64,000 bases of DNA from Sedimentisphaerales bacterium (lineage in GTDB: Bacteria > Planctomycetota > Phycisphaerae > Sedimentisphaerales > Anaerobacaceae): positions 6,720,001 to 6,784,000 of the forward strand of contig OY970194.1 in the NCBI GenBank assembly GCA_963708075.1, given 5' to 3'. The notes beneath the pieces are model-generated. The model saw only the letters and a list, made by a program, of their open reading frames with translations, made no database searches and was not told the DNA's origin. Position numbers and translations under genes: made by a program. This document shows, in pieces, positions 10,146 through 20,419 of this stretch (its first letter is position 1; every line of letters starts with the position of its first letter).

Positions 10146-10692
10146 ATGGAATCGCCGCAAATCAATGTTGCCATCGACCAACTGACGTTCAGTCTGTTCC
10201 AGAGACCGTTGCATCCGGAGCTCTTCCAGATCTACGCCACCCGGCAACTGAAGACCGAGAAGTACGAGGCTCTGATCTGGGTCACCGGTTGCACGCACGT
10301 GGTGAGCATTTTTGCGGGGGACGTGTGCCTGAGCGAGGTGGTCAGCACACCCGGTCAACAGCTTCCGCATCGCGGCCTGGTCGAGCGGTTCCAGTTCCGC
10401 GGGCCCCGCACCCACAAGTGCACACTCAGCCGGGGCGTCAGCTACATGACCGATTTCCAGATCGAGAAGATGAGCCCGAATCTCTATCGGCAAAGTCACA
10501 CGGACCTGGAGCGGTTCGCCCGCAGCCGCGGGCGTGTTCGTGAAGTTCCCCGAGCTCGAAGTGGACAGCCTCCAGCCGTTCTGCTACATCGATTTCGAAG
10601 CGCGACGCAACGAGCTGCACATCCACACCTTCGCCGCCTATCCCGACCAGGTGACGATGGTCAAGACGCAGTCGCTGTTCGACTTCCAGTAA
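10146..10692 (+). CDS. DUF2617-family protein (frameshift near 10530)
   Basis: LFQRPLHPELF...GCTHVV; C-terminal HTFAAYPDQVTMVKTQSLFDFQ in a shifted frame; TAA at 10690-10692. Confidence 0.7.
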
Positions 10693-10806
10693 GACAGGGC
10701 GCGTACGAGTGCCGCATCCCCGAAGTCGTGCGCTTGGAATCACTGCGCCCGGTTACGCCTCGCTCCCGGTGAAGCAACGCTTGCCATGCTGAACGAAGTG
10801 AAACGC

Positions 10807-10882
10807 GGGTGCCATGTCCGTGCTTGCATGGACATGTTGGTCCGGTGGTGAACATGCTTACGCGAGCGTAAGCATGGCACCC
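10807..10882. repeat. REP-like palindrome, family B (GGGTGCCATG...CATGGCACCC)
   Basis: Outer 10-bp IR enclosing two internal hairpins; lies between convergent genes. Confidence 0.75.
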
Positions 10883-11014
10883 AGACTTGTAGCCGGTTTT
10901 CTTCCCGACACCAGCCGCGCAGCGGCCCAGCGACTCGCAGGGACAGAAACGCAGCGTCGAAGGCAACGACGGGCGAGGCAATCTTGGCCGCAGGATTTCT
11001 GAGAAGCGGTACTG

Positions 11015-12002
11015 TCAGTTCTGCAACTGCACGTTTTGCTGGAGGACGTGGATCTTCTCGCGGATCTCGCTGGACATCCGGCTGTTCGGGAAATCGCGGA
11101 TGATCTGCTGACCGACCTCCAATGCATCCGCCCACTGCTTGTCCGAGATGGCCATGGCAAACCGCACGCCGAGGTTGTGCAGCTTCGTCCGGAACACGTC
11201 CTTGGCCGCCTCCTGCAGAGCCAGGGCCTCGTTCGGCGTCAGGTACATGTCCAGCTCCCGAAGGATCTCCAGGCTGCGGTCCGTCTCCTGCCGCTTGATC
11301 GCACTGTCCCAGGCGGCCAGCAGAGACCCGCTTGTGCTGCTCTTTCTTGTCCACCAGTTGCCGGCGCATGTCCTTGGCTCTTTCGGAATCCGGATAGGCT
11401 CGGATCAGCGATTCGATCTGGACGCTGGCCTTGGCCCACTGGGAACTTTCGAACAGCGTCTCGATGTGCGCGATCGTCTGGTCCAGGCGCTCATCCTCCG
11501 TAGAGTCACGGTACTGGTCCACCTCGCGCCGCAGTTCCTCCGCCAGGCTGCGATAGCCGGCGTGGCCCGCGATCTCATCGACGATCTCGTACGCGCCGTC
11601 GAAATTCATCTCCTTGAGCTTGTCAAACACCGCTTCTCGCAGGGACTGCTTCTCCTCATCGCGGAAAGCAATCGTCTTGACGACCTCGCTGACGCGCGTG
11701 CTGTGATTGATTTGCTGAAGACCCCGGTAGATGTTCTCGAGTGCCTTGGCGGCCTCTTCCATCTTTGTGCTGTTGTCCCGCAGCGTGTTGACGATGCCGG
11801 AGACCTGCGAGAGCATGGTTATCAGAGCGCCGAGGAGGACGAGTGAGCCGAACATGAACAGGGCGTCGCGCACGGCCGCGGTATTCTCAAACACCCGTGT
11901 GAATACGACCAAAACTAAGACAATGACCGTGACCAGAGCGGCGATGATGATTGTGATGTGCCACTTGAACTGCCGTACCTGGCTGTCTTGATTGGAGTCC
12001 AT
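11015..12002 (-). CDS. Hypothetical protein with two N-terminal TM helices and a helical cytoplasmic region (frameshift near 11330)
   Basis: ORFs 10740-12029 and 11015-11248 join into one coherent protein; upstream promoter present. Confidence 0.7.
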
Positions 12003-12047
12003 GGGCTCTTTCTCCTGGCGAGCAGACAACTCTTCACAGCCAATCCT

Positions 12048-12076
12048 ATTATAGGCGTTGGCAGCCGCCGAGTCAA
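12048..12076 (-). promoter_or_regulatory. Putative sigma70 promoter
   Basis: Minus strand TTGACT-17 bp-TATAAT. Confidence 0.65.
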
Positions 12077-12245
12077 CCGTGCGGCTGGCCCCTCACCTAA
12101 TATGACGTCCACCCGGGGGGATTTATTCCTGCCCTGCGCGAAATTCCGTGAGAACAGGTGGACCCGATGGCTCGCCTTGCCTGCATCCTCAATGCCTGCT
12201 GACGGCGCAGTTCCCAGATTGACAAGCCCCCGCAACAGTGCGCAC

Positions 12246-12277
12246 AAAAAAGAGCCGAAGTCTGGCAACCTCGGCTC
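12246..12277 (-). terminator. Rho-independent terminator
   Basis: Minus strand GAGCCGA-loop-TCGGCTC followed by T6. Confidence 0.75.
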
Positions 12278-12385
12278 CTGTGAGACAGCTTTTCATTAGC
12301 GAATAGAGAGCAAGCTTATGATCTACACAGCCGTCCCACAAACCAAAACACCAAGATATAAGAAGAAAAGAGCACCTGACTTGAC
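12246..12385 (-). ncRNA. Candidate small RNA or micro-peptide transcript (~140 nt)
   Basis: Bounded by the promoter at 12392-12420 and the terminator at 12246-12277; U-rich; contains only a 19-codon GTG ORF. Confidence 0.45.
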
Positions 12386-12391
12386 CCTTGT

Positions 12392-12420
12392 ATTCTACCT
12401 CCAATCGGCTTTTTTGGCAA
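12392..12420 (-). promoter_or_regulatory. Putative sigma70 promoter
   Basis: Minus strand TTGCCA-17 bp-TAGAAT. Confidence 0.6.
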
Positions 12421-12603
12421 GCCTTTTCCCGTGGAAAACCTCTCTTTCTTCGCACTGCCCGTCTCGCAGAGCAGCGGTGCTGCAAGTCCTGTGACTTCCT
12501 GTACTTAAGAACATTTCAGTCCAGCCGATGCGTGCCCGGATAACACGTATGCCTGGAGAGTGCTCCGCCTTGTGCGTGCCAGTGGCGGGGTATTCCCCCC
12601 GGA

Positions 12604-12945
12604 CTACGCCTTGGCCCCGGTGGCGGGGGCTACACAGTAGACGTATGTCAGGGCCCCCGAGCCGGTGTTGCGGACATCGTGCAGGGTTTCGGGCGGGATG
12701 TACACGGTCTTTCCCGCTCCGACGGCAAAATGGTCATTTTCTCCGATCTGCAACTCGCCCTGGCCGGTGAGGAACACGAGCAACTCCTCGTGATGCTTGG
12801 TGCTGTGTTGTCCACAGGCCTCTCCCGGCTTGAGATAGACCCTCCCGGACCGCATTCCATGGGTCTGGGGCTGGCCCTCCAGGATTCTCTGGTACTCCGG
12901 CTTGTCGTTCAGACTGACCACCATGACTTTTTGCGGTGACGCCAT
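12604..12945 (-). CDS. Cupin-domain protein
   Basis: QHSTKHHEELLVFLTGQG and YIPPETLHDVRNTG cupin motifs. Confidence 0.9.
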   Translation of the reverse strand: MASPQKVMVVSLNDKPEYQRILEGQPQTHGMRSGRVYLKPGEACGQHSTKHHEELLVFLTGQGELQIGENDHFAVGAGKTVYIPPETLHDVRNTGSGALTYVYCVAPATGAKA

Positions 12946-13107
12946 GAATTCTCCTTGCAATGTCCGTGCCGTTATTTAATATCGGGTCCGTAATACGGAT
13001 TCGGAGCCTCTGTGTCAACCATCTGTGTTGATTCGTCGTATGGAATCATGTACATTCATCTGTGATTTGCCGGGCAAAACCGGACCACTGTGGAGTATGC
13101 AAGGGCA

Positions 13108-13827
13108 ATGACGCAAGAACTCAGGGCACTGATAATTGCCGCCGCCTCAATCGGCTTCTTTCATACGCTGTTGGGACCCGACCATTACCTGCCGTTTATC
13201 ATGATGTCCTGGGCCCGCAAGTGGTCCACCGCCAGGACGACGGTGATCACGCTCCTGTGTGCGCTTGGGCATATCGGCAGCTCGGTGGTGCTGGGCCTGA
13301 TCGGCGTCATGCTGGGCCTGGCGGTCGAGAACCTGACGGGGGCCGAATCCATGCGTGGCCGGATTGCCGCATGGCTATTCATCGCATTCGGCCTGGTCTA
13401 CCTGATCTGGGGGATTCGGCATATCTATCGCGGCCGGCCTCACCAACATACCCACTGTCATGTGACGGATGAGCCGCGTAGCCACGTCCATCCGCACAGC
13501 CATTTCGGCGAACACGCACATGTTCACGACGTCCAGTCCATCAAGAGCCTTACACCGTGGATTCTCTTTACAATCTTCGTTTTCGGGCCGTGTGAGCCGC
13601 TGATTCCGTTCCTGATGTACCCCGCCGCGAAGGGCAGCCTCTTCGGCCTTATCACCGTGACTTCCGTCTTCGGCATTACTACGGCAGCCACAATGCTTGC
13701 CACAGTCCTCCTCGGCAGGGCCGGCGTCGACTTCCTGCCCCTGAGAGGCGTCCAGCGGTACAGCCATGCCGTCGCAGGCGCCACAATCCTGCTGTGCGGC
13801 CTGGCCATCCAGTTCCTGGGGTTGTAA
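13108..13827 (+). CDS. His-rich membrane protein, probable nickel/cobalt transporter (UreH/DsbD_2-like)
   Basis: HTLLGPDHYLPF, GHIGSS, His-rich loop, FGPCEPLIP; about six TM segments. Confidence 0.8.
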   Translation: MTQELRALIIAAASIGFFHTLLGPDHYLPFIMMSWARKWSTARTTVITLLCALGHIGSSVVLGLIGVMLGLAVENLTGAESMRGRIAAWLFIAFGLVYLIWGIRHIYRGRPHQHTHCHVTDEPRSHVHPHSHFGEHAHVHDVQSIKSLTPWILFTIFVFGPCEPLIPFLMYPAAKGSLFGLITVTSVFGITTAATMLATVLLGRAGVDFLPLRGVQRYSHAVAGATILLCGLAIQFLGL

Positions 13828-13991
13828 GCCCGGGCGACACCCTGTAGTTCGCATGCCCGCCACAGAAGTCACCCACATTATGCCGCCATTTTCGTGGTCA
13901 AAGGACCATGAATCCTCTTGTACGCGGGTGTAAATGGGCTTAAAATCCACTCACGTATGGTGGTCCTGCGTAAAACCTGGAGAGAAAGACC

Positions 13992-15521
13992 ATGTTGGCG
14001 AGGCTGCATAGTGTCACGCTGGAAGGTATCGAGGGTGTCATTTGCGAGGTGGAAGTGGACGTCGCCCGGGGCGGCCTGGAGAAGTCCATCGTCGTGGGCC
14101 TGCCCGATGCGGCGGTCAAGGAGAGTGTCGAGCGGGTCCGAAGCGCGATCGTCAACTGCGGGTACAGGTATCCCAAAACCCAGTCGCTGATCAACCTGGC
14201 GCCGGCGGATGTGAAGAAGGCCGGTCCCGCGTTCGATCTGCCGATCGCGCTGGGAATGCTCATTGGCGAAGGTGTCCTGACCGGGCCAGCCGTCAAGGAT
14301 TACGTCGTTGCAGGGGAGTTGGCCCTGGATGGGCGGGTTCGGCCGGTCAACGGAGTGCTCAGCATGGCCCTTACGGCTGCGGCCAACGGCTTTTCCCGGA
14401 TGATCGTCCCGCTGGACAACGCCAAAGAGGCCGCTGTCATGCAGAATATCGAGGTGTTCGGGGTCGGCTCACTGTCACAGGCTGTGGATTTCCTGGCTAG
14501 CCGGCTTCCGCTCGACACGACCATCACGGATGTCGATTCGCTATTCGATATCGCGTCACACTACGAGATCGACTTCTCCGATGTGAAGGGCCAGGAAAGC
14601 GTCAAGCGAGCCCTGACCGTCGCAGCGGCAGGGTCGCACAATATAATGATGATCGGGCCACCTGGTGCAGGTAAGACGATGCTCGCCCAGCGATTGGCGA
14701 CAATTCTGCCGCCGCTGAGTCTGGAGGAGTCATTGGAAACCACGCGCATCTATTCGGCCGTGGGACTTCTGAAGAAGGATCAGGCATTGCTGGCCACGCG
14801 GCCGGTTCGTGCGCCGCACCATTCGGCGAGCGGCCCGGCTCTCATTGGCGGCGGGTCTTCGCCCCGGCCGGGAGAACTCTCGCTGGCCCACTTCGGGATT
14901 CTCTTCCTCGATGAGTTCGTCGAGTTCCCGCGGCACGTGCTGGAGATGATCCGCCAGCCGCTTGAGGACGGCTACGTCGTCGTCTCCCGCGCCAAGAAGA
15001 CGATTCACTTCCCCGCCCAGTTCATGCTCGTGGCGGCCATGAATCCCTGTCCATGCGGATACTTCGGGAGCAATCTTCGGGCCTGCAAGTGCGCGCCGGG
15101 ACAGATCGCCCGCTATCTGGCCAAGGTGTCCGGGCCGCTCGTGGACAGGATCGACATTCACATCGACGTTCCCGCCGTGGCCTTCAGCAAGCTGCGGTCC
15201 AAAACGCGCCAGATTGACTCCGAGACGTTGCGGGCGACCGTCACGGCAGCCAGGCAGGTGCAGAAACGACGCTTTGGCGGAAGCAAAATCCTGACCAACG
15301 CGCACATGACGCACAAGCAGTTGGAGCAGTTCTGCCAACTCGATTCGGCCGGCGAGTTGCTGCTCAAGGAAGCAGTGCTGGAACTGGGGCTCAGCGCTCG
15401 TGCGCACGACAAGATCTGCAAGGTGGCCCGGACCATCGCCGACTTGGATGGCAGCGAAAACATCCGGGCCGAGCATGTCGCGGAAGCCATAGGTTATCGA
15501 AAGCTCGACAGAAAACTCTAA
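13992..15521 (+). CDS. comM: ComM/YifB Mg-chelatase-like AAA+ ATPase (intact)
   Basis: VGLPDAAVKES, NLAPAD..K.G..FDLPIA, GPPGAGKT, PHHS, GELSLAH.GILFLDE, AMNPCPCG, SGPLVDRID. Confidence 0.95.
   Translation: MLARLHSVTLEGIEGVICEVEVDVARGGLEKSIVVGLPDAAVKESVERVRSAIVNCGYRYPKTQSLINLAPADVKKAGPAFDLPIALGMLIGEGVLTGPAVKDYVVAGELALDGRVRPVNGVLSMALTAAANGFSRMIVPLDNAKEAAVMQNIEVFGVGSLSQAVDFLASRLPLDTTITDVDSLFDIASHYEIDFSDVKGQESVKRALTVAAAGSHNIMMIGPPGAGKTMLAQRLATILPPLSLEESLETTRIYSAVGLLKKDQALLATRPVRAPHHSASGPALIGGGSSPRPGELSLAHFGILFLDEFVEFPRHVLEMIRQPLEDGYVVVSRAKKTIHFPAQFMLVAAMNPCPCGYFGSNLRACKCAPGQIARYLAKVSGPLVDRIDIHIDVPAVAFSKLRSKTRQIDSETLRATVTAARQVQKRRFGGSKILTNAHMTHKQLEQFCQLDSAGELLLKEAVLELGLSARAHDKICKVARTIADLDGSENIRAEHVAEAIGYRKLDRKL
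14670..15521 (+). repeat. 852-bp direct repeat, copy 1 (3' part of comM)
   Basis: Aligns without gaps to 57734-58585 starting at GGTAAGACGATG. Confidence 0.95.
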
Positions 15522-15804
15522 GTTTCAGCCTTTGGCGTTGTTCCAAGCACTATTCCCCGATGAGAGATAAGGTTGGCAAGCCACACGAAAGGCCCAGCTG
15601 GCTTGAAGGGCTGGGGAGGGCAACGGACTGGTTGTACTATTCTCCCCTGGAAGAGTGGCTTTTTTACGCTTGACAGTGGTTTTCTGGGAGGGACAATTCG
15701 ATAGAAATGAAGGTGCGTAGTGACATTTTGGCGACATGAATCTGGTGAGACTTGAGCCTTGCGCCCGGCACCTTCTGGTCGGGCCTGATTGATGATGTCC
15801 GTAT

Positions 15805-18800
15805 CTACAACCGCCCGCTAAAGCCGTAGGACCCAATAGTCGATTTGGGAGCCACTTTCTGAGGGCCCCGCGGCGGGACCGTCTCGCCGGCCGCAATCTC
15901 CGCAAACGACATGGCTCGCCATAGCCTCAGAGTGCCATCGCGGCTGCCCGAGAGGATGGCGTTGCCGTGCTCGGCGAAGGCGACGCACCAGACCCACCCG
16001 GCATGCCCGGTCAGAATGGCCACTTCCTGGTCAATCTCGGGGTGCCACAGCCGGATCGTGTGATCCATGCCGCCGCTGGCGAGGGTGCAGCCATCCGGAG
16101 AGAAGACCAGAATGTTGACCGCACCGGCATGCCCAACGAGCTTGCGCAAGGGCCGTTGGCCACGGAGGTCCCAGAGAAAGATCACGCCGCGCTCGTCGGC
16201 GAAGGCCAGCAACTCGCTGTCGGGCGAGAACACCACGGAATCCAGAAAACGCACCTTCTGCGGGCTGCTGGCCACGACGCGGTGCTGCGCGATGTCCCAG
16301 ACGTGCACCCATCCTTCCGGGCTCCCGGTGGCGAGTCGTCTACCATCGCGCGACACTGCTAGGGGCTGCATTGGAGAAGAGCCCACCACGCCGCTGAAGT
16401 TCGCGATCATCCGCCCGCTCGCCACGTCGGTCAGCTTGATCCCCGTGCCAAATCCGCCCCCCGTCACCATGACCGTCCCGTTCAAGGCGTAGGCGATGTG
16501 AGTGATCAGGCCGTCGTGAAGCTTCAGAGGCTCCTTCACCCTCTCCAAGGTGTCCGCATCAAGGAAGGCGACCCTTCCGTCGCTGCTCCCCACGGCCAGT
16601 TCCCGGCCATCCGGCGAAAACGTAAGCCTCCCGAACCCCCACCCCGGGTCTCCGACCTTGAAGACATCGGTCATGGCCACGTGGGCCAGGATGGTTCCGG
16701 TTCCCAGATCGCACAAGATGAGGCTGTAATTCTCGGCAGCGACGGCCCGGTCCTGAGCGGGAGATACGGCGACTCCAAAGATCACGAGTTGTTCACGCTG
16801 CGGTGAAGGCATGTCCCTGGGAGGAAACAGCGTAGTGAACTCTTCGCAGGGCGGAAGGGAGGACGCGAAATCCGCCGTCTGCAGAGACCAGAGCCGGCCG
16901 GTGCCGTCATCACTGGCCGAAGCGAGCGAACGTCCGTCGGGTGCAATGACCAGTTGATTGACGGCTGCGCTGTGCCCAGGCAAGAGATCAGTCTGCGCCG
17001 GTTCTTCGACATTCCAGGAGCGAATGTTCTGGTCGAGACTGCCGGCGAACAGGGTCCGGCCGTCCGGCGTGAAAGCGACCGAGTTGACGTGGATAAAGTC
17101 GCTTCGCTTGGTGTACATGGTTGCCTGCCGTTTCACGTCCCACAGCACGACGCGTTCATCCGCGCCACCCGTGGCCAGCGTGCTTCCATCCGGCGAGAAA
17201 GCGGCAGACATGATGAAATCGACATGGGCTATGGGAAGATTCGTCAGGACGCCGTCAACCAGATCGTACAAGGCAACATTCATCGCTGGCGTGTCCTTCG
17301 TCTGATTGCAGACAGCCATGGTTCGCTCATCCGGCGAGAACGCCGCCGGCCCCAAGAAGCCAAGGTTCGTCCTCAACGCGAGCGTGGGTGTCGCGCCGGC
17401 TGAGCCGGTATGCAGTTCCCAGAGGTCAATCGATCGGGTATCGGTTGCCCGTGTGGCCAGAAACCTTCCGCCGGGACTGAAGGCGAAGTCGACAAACGCC
17501 CCCCGGCCCACGCTGGTCGAGAAGAGGATGCGCTCGCGGACGATGTCCCACATCTTCAGGGTGCCGTCGTCGCCGCTGACCGTGGCCAGCCATGTGTTGT
17601 CCCGGGGGTAGAAGGCCAGGTAATCGATGGTGCCCTCGTGGGCTTGCCAGCGTCTGATGCGTTGTCGCGTTTGCGCATCGAATAGCTCTACAAAGCCGTC
17701 GCCGGCGCCGAACGCCAGCGTGCGACCATCCGGCGAGTAGTCGACCGATTGAAAGCCGCCAGCGTTGGTGGCCAGCACGTCTGCCCGGCTGCTCGAGCAG
17801 AGCCGATAGAGATATCGCCAGTCGAAGCCGCGAAAGTCCGGCTGGCCTGGTGGCGGTCTCTGCGCCTTGAGCAATTCCAGCGCACCCCCAATCTTGCCCG
17901 CCTTGTAGGCCGCATGCGCGAGCTTCATCTGCGCGGCATAACGGCCGCCTTGGGCGATATGGCCCAGGCTTTGGGCCTGTGTGCGAGCCGCCGTCTCTCT
18001 CTGGCGTGCCTTCTCCGCTCGGAAGTACATCGTGGTGCTCACGACGAAGCCCAGCATGATCACCGCTGCCATAAGCACGACCGTGGCCACCGCGCCGGCG
18101 TGTTTCTGCACGAACTTCTTGACTCGATACGTGGTCGTCTCGGGCCCGGCGATCAGAGGATTGCCGTACAGATAGTTCCTAATATCATCTGCAAGCTCGG
18201 AGGCCGACCGATAGCGACGGGTGCGGTCCTTACGCATCGCCTTGAGTGGAATCCACTCCAGTTCCCTGTGCAAACGTCTAGCCAACGAGGCAACATCCGT
18301 GCGGCGACCTTCGGCGATAGTCCTGGCCTCTTCACCGAGGGCTGTAAGACGCGTGCTGGGTGTCTTAGGCTCCTCTTGGCAGATCACCCTGCGGGTCTGG
18401 TCAGGCCCGCCTTCGCGAAGGGTCTTGGGGTCAAACGGTAGTACGCCCGTCAGCAGTTCGTAGAGCACCACACCGAGCGAGTAGATGTCCGAGCGGGTAT
18501 CGACGTCCTGGGCGGTCAGTTCCGCCTGCTCCGGGCTCATGTACTCCGGCGTGCCGACAAACTGACCCTGTTCCGTCACGAGTGTTCGCTCGGTCAAAGG
18601 CTGGCTCACCGCCTTGGCGATCCCAAAATCGATCACCTTAGGCGTCGCCTTCTCACCCTCAATCAGAACTAAGATGTTCGACGGCTTGATGTCCCGGTGT
18701 ATAATGCCCTTGGTATGGGCATGCTGAATGGCCTCACAGACCTCCAGGAACAACTGGAGGCGTTCCTCGATCGTGAGCTTTTGGCGGTCGCAGTGTTCAA

Positions 18801-19210
18801 TGATAGGCACGCCTTTGACGTATTCCATCGCGAAATAGGGCCGCCCGGCCTCCGTTGTCCCGGCGTCGTGGACGTGAGCGATACTCGGATGGTCCAAGAG
18901 GGCCAAGGCCTGACGCTCGGCCTCAAAGCGGGCAATGACCTGCTTGGTATCCATGCCCGGCTTGATGATTTTCAAGGCGACCTGGCGTCTGATGGGGTGT
19001 TCCTGGTCGGCCAAGTAGACGATGCCCATACCCCCTTCGCCGAGCACGCGAACGAGCCTGTAGGGGCCGATCCGACTACCGGACGTCGCAAACAGTTCCA
19101 ACGAGACGGTAGGAGTCCCTTCGTCTTGCGGGCTTCCCTCTTCGAGAACCGAAGGATAGAAGCTCCCGCAACTGTTCGGGTTCAGCGCCAAATGCCGAGT
19201 CTCTGTCCAT
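15805..19210 (-). CDS. Hanks-type Ser/Thr kinase with a hydrophobic segment and C-terminal WD40 repeats (probable N-terminal frameshift; ORF 15805-19191)
   Basis: LGEGGMGIVY, VALKIIK, HRDIKPSN, DFG, GTPEYMSPEQ; many FSPDG...W repeats. Confidence 0.92.
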
Positions 19211-19332
19211 TCTCAAACCGCCTGAACTGACGAATGACGCAAACGCCGTCGGATTCGACGGGCATCCGCTCCCTGGCCCGGACGCCACTTTGCGGAAGGA
19301 GCAACTTCGTGCTCCCCAGATAACTCCACTCT

Positions 19333-20106
19333 TTATTGGGAATGTTGCGCGTTTTGCGGAAGAAATCCCATGATTTCTTTCAGTTCTTCATCCATTTCGC
19401 TCTCGCAAGCCACCGTACGGCGGAGATGTTGCCTCAGTGTGGCCTGGAAGCGCCTCTTGACCGTGATCATCATGTTCGAGGCCTGCTTCTCACTTTGAAT
19501 GCCATATCTCTCACAGATTTCCGTCAACGATGGAGGCTTTACGCTGTTCAGCAGAGGCTGGACGATCCTGTCATGGAAGACCTGCCAGTGGGTCTCCATC
19601 ACCTGCTCACGGCAGTCGGCTTTCACTTCCGAGAGGACCTGATCGAGCAAGGCGGAGACCCAGGCGTAGTTGTACAAATCCTCCAGACTGGACTGCGCGA
19701 CGCTTTCCGGCAGAACAGGCGGCTCAATGGCATCCAGCGAGACGATCTTGTCCTTGGGAATCTGTCTCTGAGCAGCTTCTCTCCGTCGCTCATTCAGAAG
19801 ATACATGTTCAGGGCGTGCAACAGGAAGGAGCGAAACCGTCCCTTGGATGAATCAGCCCGCTGGATCAGGTTGCGGTTCAGGACCACTTCGTGAAAGAAA
19901 CCCTGGGTCAGGTCCTTGGCCTGCTCGTTGTCGTAGCCCTTGCGACGTAGGTAGCAATACACCGGCTTCCAATACCTTTGGAGCAACAGGCCGATCAGCG
20001 CTCGCTCTTTGTCCTCATGGGCTTTGACGTCTTCGATCTCAGACCAATGCGTGGTGAGAAACGCTGCCCCCGTTCCCCCCATGTCCGTCTGATCGCGGCG
20101 TTTCAT
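19333..20106 (-). CDS. ECF-type sigma factor, kinase-associated planctomycete type
   Basis: FLTTHWS, YWKPVYCYLRRKG...AKDLTQGFF, KGRFRSFL; lies directly upstream of the kinase. Confidence 0.85.
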   Translation of the reverse strand: MKRRDQTDMGGTGAAFLTTHWSEIEDVKAHEDKERALIGLLLQRYWKPVYCYLRRKGYDNEQAKDLTQGFFHEVVLNRNLIQRADSSKGRFRSFLLHALNMYLLNERRREAAQRQIPKDKIVSLDAIEPPVLPESVAQSSLEDLYNYAWVSALLDQVLSEVKADCREQVMETHWQVFHDRIVQPLLNSVKPPSLTEICERYGIQSEKQASNMMITVKRRFQATLRQHLRRTVACESEMDEELKEIMGFLPQNAQHSQ

Positions 20107-20419
20107 ATTCGCTACCCCATCGACTACGGCTTGGCGCCTCCACGCCATCGGACTGACCCTGCTGGAGCCTATGGTAGCGAGCCCAGTGAGTATCCGCAAG
20201 CGATAAACCAGGGTGTGTCAAGGACTTGCACGTCTCCACAGATCTCCCGCAAGAGAAATTCTGGAATTCGCGCAGCATCCAAGATTTTCAGGTGATTGGA
20301 TTACAGAGGCATGGCTGTGAACCAGCGTTCCAAGGTCGCTCTTCGCAGCTCCTGAAATAGGCGAATCAGCGTTCCAGTGTCGCAAGTGCTTTGGCCGAGG
20401 AGCCAGAAAGGGCAGAACC

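Noticed and set aside
12960..13060. NikR-type operator between the cupin and the His-rich transporter
   Set aside because: Only a short palindrome (TCCGTAATACGGA) is present; it does not match a NikR consensus I can support.
19215..19330. c-di-GMP riboswitch between the ECF and kinase genes
   Set aside because: The GCAAA-like words lack the required paired-stem and GAAA tetraloop arrangement.
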